A stretch of 64,000 nt of DNA from a bacterium (GTDB lineage Bacteria; Electryoneota; Electryoneia; Electryoneales; Electryoneaceae), in assembly GCA_963669175.1 (NCBI GenBank), contig OY769902.1, forward strand, positions 4,992,001 to 5,056,000, given 5' to 3'. Below are positions 61,601 through 64,000 of this stretch, one piece after another. A program made the translations under genes and the position numbers. The notes under the pieces were generated by a model. It ran no database searches. It worked only from the letters and a program-made list of their open reading frames with translations, and was not told the DNA's origin. Each line of letters opens with the position of its first letter. Within the stretch, counting starts at the first letter, position 1.

Positions 61601-61892
61601 AGACGGTTGACGTCTCACTATCAAGGATAACTTCCACCCCAGGATTGATCACCAGGTTCGATACCGAAAGATCACCCGTCACGATATAGGGACTGCCCTC
61701 AACCGTCCATGTGCCGGATACTGCACCGGATACATAAGTCTCGGCAGAGGTCAAGGGTGGGATAAGTAATTGCGTAAAGAGGATGAAAACAGTACACCAC
61801 AAGACAGAAAGAAGCGATTTGGAAAAGACAACAGCATGTGAAAGGTCACAATGAAAAACTCTAAGACACTGTTTGGCAAATTTGTCACTCAT
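58635..61892 (-). CDS. T9SS cargo with two tandem beta-helix modules
   Basis: AGGAGG RBS before ATG 61892; two VSG.....SP......L.I.PGV ... DP...D...GD..L...SP.ID.G...DPDGS..D.GA modules; YPNPFN C-terminal domain. Confidence 0.87.
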   Translation of the reverse strand: MSDKFAKQCLRVFHCDLSHAVVFSKSLLSVLWCTVFILFTQLLIPPLTSAETYVSGAVSGTWTVEGSPYIVTGDLSVSNLVINPGVEVILDSETSTVFIAIQGQITANGQEGDSIYFHVADEEMSYFAFRQYGTSNPSLFHYCRMEGTVYFFADDTSTEIEIRQCSFPHIWPWDQACFIAQTGGYLLLEDLSINSNIFETLVNYGSVADITNVTIGSACVNSSFFVSHAAALSVDSLVMDNGRINIFDSGNIVVINSCIKDIYVYNTQSTLVENSRICTFSSRSEGNTEVTIMNNTFEYLGDPLENNRYNPTSVNIQGGQATFQNNIVDGGLYCNYLSSSSISYNLIKGNQIYNDCDGDYVNNTTVYQPDVPAPENTVITFADGGSLSIYNNLVIGYGDNTTNYGMYFNETTPAILRNNWFFRTGEMIGGPDPGFDNFAGDPRVTDLANGDLTLQAVSPLIDAGHANFNYDPDGSPPDIGAFYFDHRINHSPVYDAPRKGIAVTGHMFRYAARATDDGDAIDISYLNYPVWLHVELEEDELDAVEDSLVLTGMVPEDAEDFLFVLQYDTPADSAERATVHVRVCRSQLEGPVSGRLSIAESPVYISNNIYVNERDQLTIDPGVELLFRDTHDLGALVGFDIYGTVTLAGTAEDSIYFRSATSSAVDAWQGVYAEGDGILNLDYLVIEHALQPLWLEHYRDINLSHCRVSYYWGYCLLAPNDQATLLDSRFNHCGNNGVTLSAVLEKNCTIRNCSFYDIAKSAIRGHIVNIVVDSCDFTDCEKAILVVSDDNSNHYRVYYSNNTLNNLLYGVFIDNYLVPYSYIYINNNISRDVNMFYAYNEALRSHNNSILTNNTCINGRYFVIDFNSIEDNVTYKITNNIIDVDQYVFYSSFMEGVRNVRISYNQFVDSDIIHNVDRATLDSTENQCGDPLFVDAENGDYRLQPESPCIDTGDPEFPPDPDGSRSDRGALPFDPSWPAPDLKEAALPTEDAMLPGYPNPFNSTIMIPLELKQPGEVTLTVFNILGQQVAKRSLGQLGAGRQVVTWNSLGLSDMPVSSGVYFVCVHIARDGRSAFDGIQKVILLQ

Positions 61893-62041
61893 AACGCCTC
61901 CTGTGAGCCGTGCTGGAAGACCGTAATATGGTAGCAAGCTAAAGATATTTGTGCAATACATCAAGATGACTTGGCATAATATCCCATTTTCAACATATAG
62001 AAGCGGGCTGCCAACAATGAATCACTCACGGCTTATCACTA

Positions 62042-62305
62042 GTGGACCATTGCACCTGATATGAGTTGTTCTGCTTGTTTTTGATGAGTCGAGTTCAAGG
62101 CAGTTTCACGAAATCATAGTGGTTCTATTCTAAGTGAAACTAACGCAGAAATCGGCCATCAAAAACAAACCCGAAGGGAGCGCGCGCTTTGCCCCATGAC
62201 TGCGTTGCTTTCCCTTGAAATAGCCCGCTATGTCTGTAGTCAAGCGCCTTGTCCTGAGGCAAAGCGCGCAGCTCAGAAAACATCATAGCAGGTGCAATGG
62301 TCCAC
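62042..62305. mobile_element. MITE (264 bp) with 17-bp perfect terminal IRs and TA duplication
   Basis: cTA-gtggaccattgcacctg ... caggtgcaatggtccac-TAg; internal hairpin gcgcgctttgcc...ggcaaagcgcgc; no ORF. Confidence 0.85.
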
Positions 62306-62455
62306 TAGCATGATAAAGAGTCCTTCTCACTCCCCAACCTCCCCTTGCAGTTTCCCACCCCAACCCCTATTCTCTCCCATGCACTTTGCCTGACGAAACG
62401 GCTCATATAGTCGAATCAGTATTGCAGGCGCTCACAACCAGCTACGGAGCTTATC

Positions 62456-64000
62456 ATGTCCTTATTCAACGACCTGAACCAAACATACCTGCAACGACAC
62501 ACCACACGTGAAGATGCCTTCTGGGCGAATAAAATGGGGCTCTCCACATACACGGACGGTGATTTCGAAAAACATGAATTTGCCTTGAAAGATTTCATCA
62601 CCGATGCCTCCTGGCTTCCGAAAATCCGTGAGGAACTGAAGCGGACCAATCTGACCGAAACGGAGCAGATCGGCCTGAACGGCTGGCTGAAATTCTTCGA
62701 GGCCAATGCCATTGAAAGCGAAGAAGCGAAAGCCTTGCAGAAGAAAATCATCGAGATGGAAGGCGAATTATATCGTGCCCGTGGAAAGATGAAACTTGGC
62801 TATATCGATCCGGAAACGGGCGAGTTCGTGGAAGCCAGCTCAGTGCAACTGCGCCTGATCATCCAGACCGATGCCAGCGAAGCCAAACGAAAGGCGGCCT
62901 GGGAAGGGCTGCGTTCGATTGAAACCTACGTATTGGAACATGGTTTCGCGGAAATCGTGAAGCAGCGTAACCGCCTGGGACGTCTGCTCGGTTACAAGGA
63001 CTTTTACGATTACCGTGTCAAGGTCAACGAAGGCTTTTCCAAGGAGAATCTGTTCGAACTTCTCGACGAGCTTGAGGTCAATACCCGTGAAGCCTGCAAG
63101 GCATCGGTAGAGCGTATCCGCAAAGAAAAGGGCGACGCTGCCGCGCAGGCCTGGAACTTCGAACAGGCTACAGCCGGTGATTTGAAAGCGGAAAAAGACC
63201 CGTACATGGGCTTCGATACGGCTTTCGAGCGCTGGGGACGTTCTTTTGCCGCGTTGGGCATCGGGTATCGTGGCGCGACACTTACTCTGGACCTGGTTGG
63301 ACGCAAAGGCAAGTACGAAAACGGTTTCATGCACGGCCCCGGCCCATCTTTCATGGACGGTGACACCTGGCGCCCGGCTCGCATCAATTTCACCTCTTTC
63401 GCGGTTCCGGGACAGATCGGCAGCGGGCAGAATGCGGCCGGAACTCTTTTCCATGAAGGCGGTCACGCGGCGCATTTTTCCAACATTCGTATGCCCGCGC
63501 CCTGCTTCTCACAGGAGTTCGCGCCGACCTCCATCGCGTTCGCCGAAACCCAGTCCATGTTCCTGGACAGCCTGGTCAATGATCCTGACTGGCTGACACG
63601 TTATGCCTTGGACAAGGACGGCAATGCCATGCCCTTCGACCTGATCGAAAAGGTGCTGGAAGAGGATTACCTGTATCGTGCCAACCTGCTGCGCAAACTG
63701 ATGGTAGTGCCGTATTTCGAGCGTCGTTTATACGACATGGCCGATGAGGAGCTGACAGCAGAAAACATTCTCAAGGCAGGACGTGAAATTGAAAAGCAGA
63801 TGGTGTATATGGATTCGGATTCCCGTCCGATTCTCGCCATTCCGCACCTTCTGGACAGCGAATCAAGCGCCTATTACCACGCTTATGTCCTGGCCCAGAT
63901 GGCGGTTTACCAGACTCGCGCCTACTTTATCAAGGAGTACGGCTATATCCTGGACAATCCCCAGGTCGGACCGGCGCTGGCGGAACATTACTGGAAGCCG
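62456..64000 (+). CDS. M3-family oligopeptidase (3' truncated by window edge)
   Basis: Not in the ORF track. GGAG RBS, ATG 62456: MSLFNDLNQTYLQRHTTREDAFW...; in-frame R.GKYENGF, LFHEGGHAAH (HExxH at 63452) and AETQSMF. Confidence 0.9.
   Translation, partial: MSLFNDLNQTYLQRHTTREDAFWANKMGLSTYTDGDFEKHEFALKDFITDASWLPKIREELKRTNLTETEQIGLNGWLKFFEANAIESEEAKALQKKIIEMEGELYRARGKMKLGYIDPETGEFVEASSVQLRLIIQTDASEAKRKAAWEGLRSIETYVLEHGFAEIVKQRNRLGRLLGYKDFYDYRVKVNEGFSKENLFELLDELEVNTREACKASVERIRKEKGDAAAQAWNFEQATAGDLKAEKDPYMGFDTAFERWGRSFAALGIGYRGATLTLDLVGRKGKYENGFMHGPGPSFMDGDTWRPARINFTSFAVPGQIGSGQNAAGTLFHEGGHAAHFSNIRMPAPCFSQEFAPTSIAFAETQSMFLDSLVNDPDWLTRYALDKDGNAMPFDLIEKVLEEDYLYRANLLRKLMVVPYFERRLYDMADEELTAENILKAGREIEKQMVYMDSDSRPILAIPHLLDSESSAYYHAYVLAQMAVYQTRAYFIKEYGYILDNPQVGPALAEHYWKP

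Noticed and set aside
62840-63475. Minus-strand ORFs near the window end
   Set aside because: Shadows of the + strand M3 peptidase, which the ORF track missed because it has no stop codon in the window.

Overview
This 64 kb window looks like a chromosomal segment of a moderately GC-rich diderm bacterium. Inference: an FCB-superphylum lineage, because six genes end in type IX secretion (T9SS)-like C-terminal sorting domains. Housekeeping genes include acpS, coaX, birA, accD, rimI, folP, tolB, hutI, glgA, an amidase, an M3 peptidase and tRNA-Arg(CCT). There are also two POT-like MFS transporters, signalling genes and secreted beta-helix/beta-propeller proteins. Mobile DNA comprises a complete IS630 with an A9 frameshift site, a CTAG-bounded MITE, and a RAYT/IS200-type HUH transposase inside ~110-bp inverted repeats. 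Several palindromic repeat families nest in the intergenic spaces. Main candidates for follow-up: (1) an operon of unrelated small, signal-peptide-less proteins at 35.5-38.5 kb, most ending in a shared C-terminal G-[QS]-x-[ILV]-[DN]-x-x-x tag, with sigma54/sigma28-like promoters, a FlgM-like motif and a pseudo-histidine kinase nearby; (2) a SLOG/DprA-like + ADP-ribosyltransferase-like fusion next to the tRNA; (3) a candidate sRNA with an anti-Shine-Dalgarno CCUCCUCC loop; (4) T9SS cargo genes built from GC-rich conserved frames around AT-rich variable cores. All calls come from reading motifs by eye; no database searches were run.
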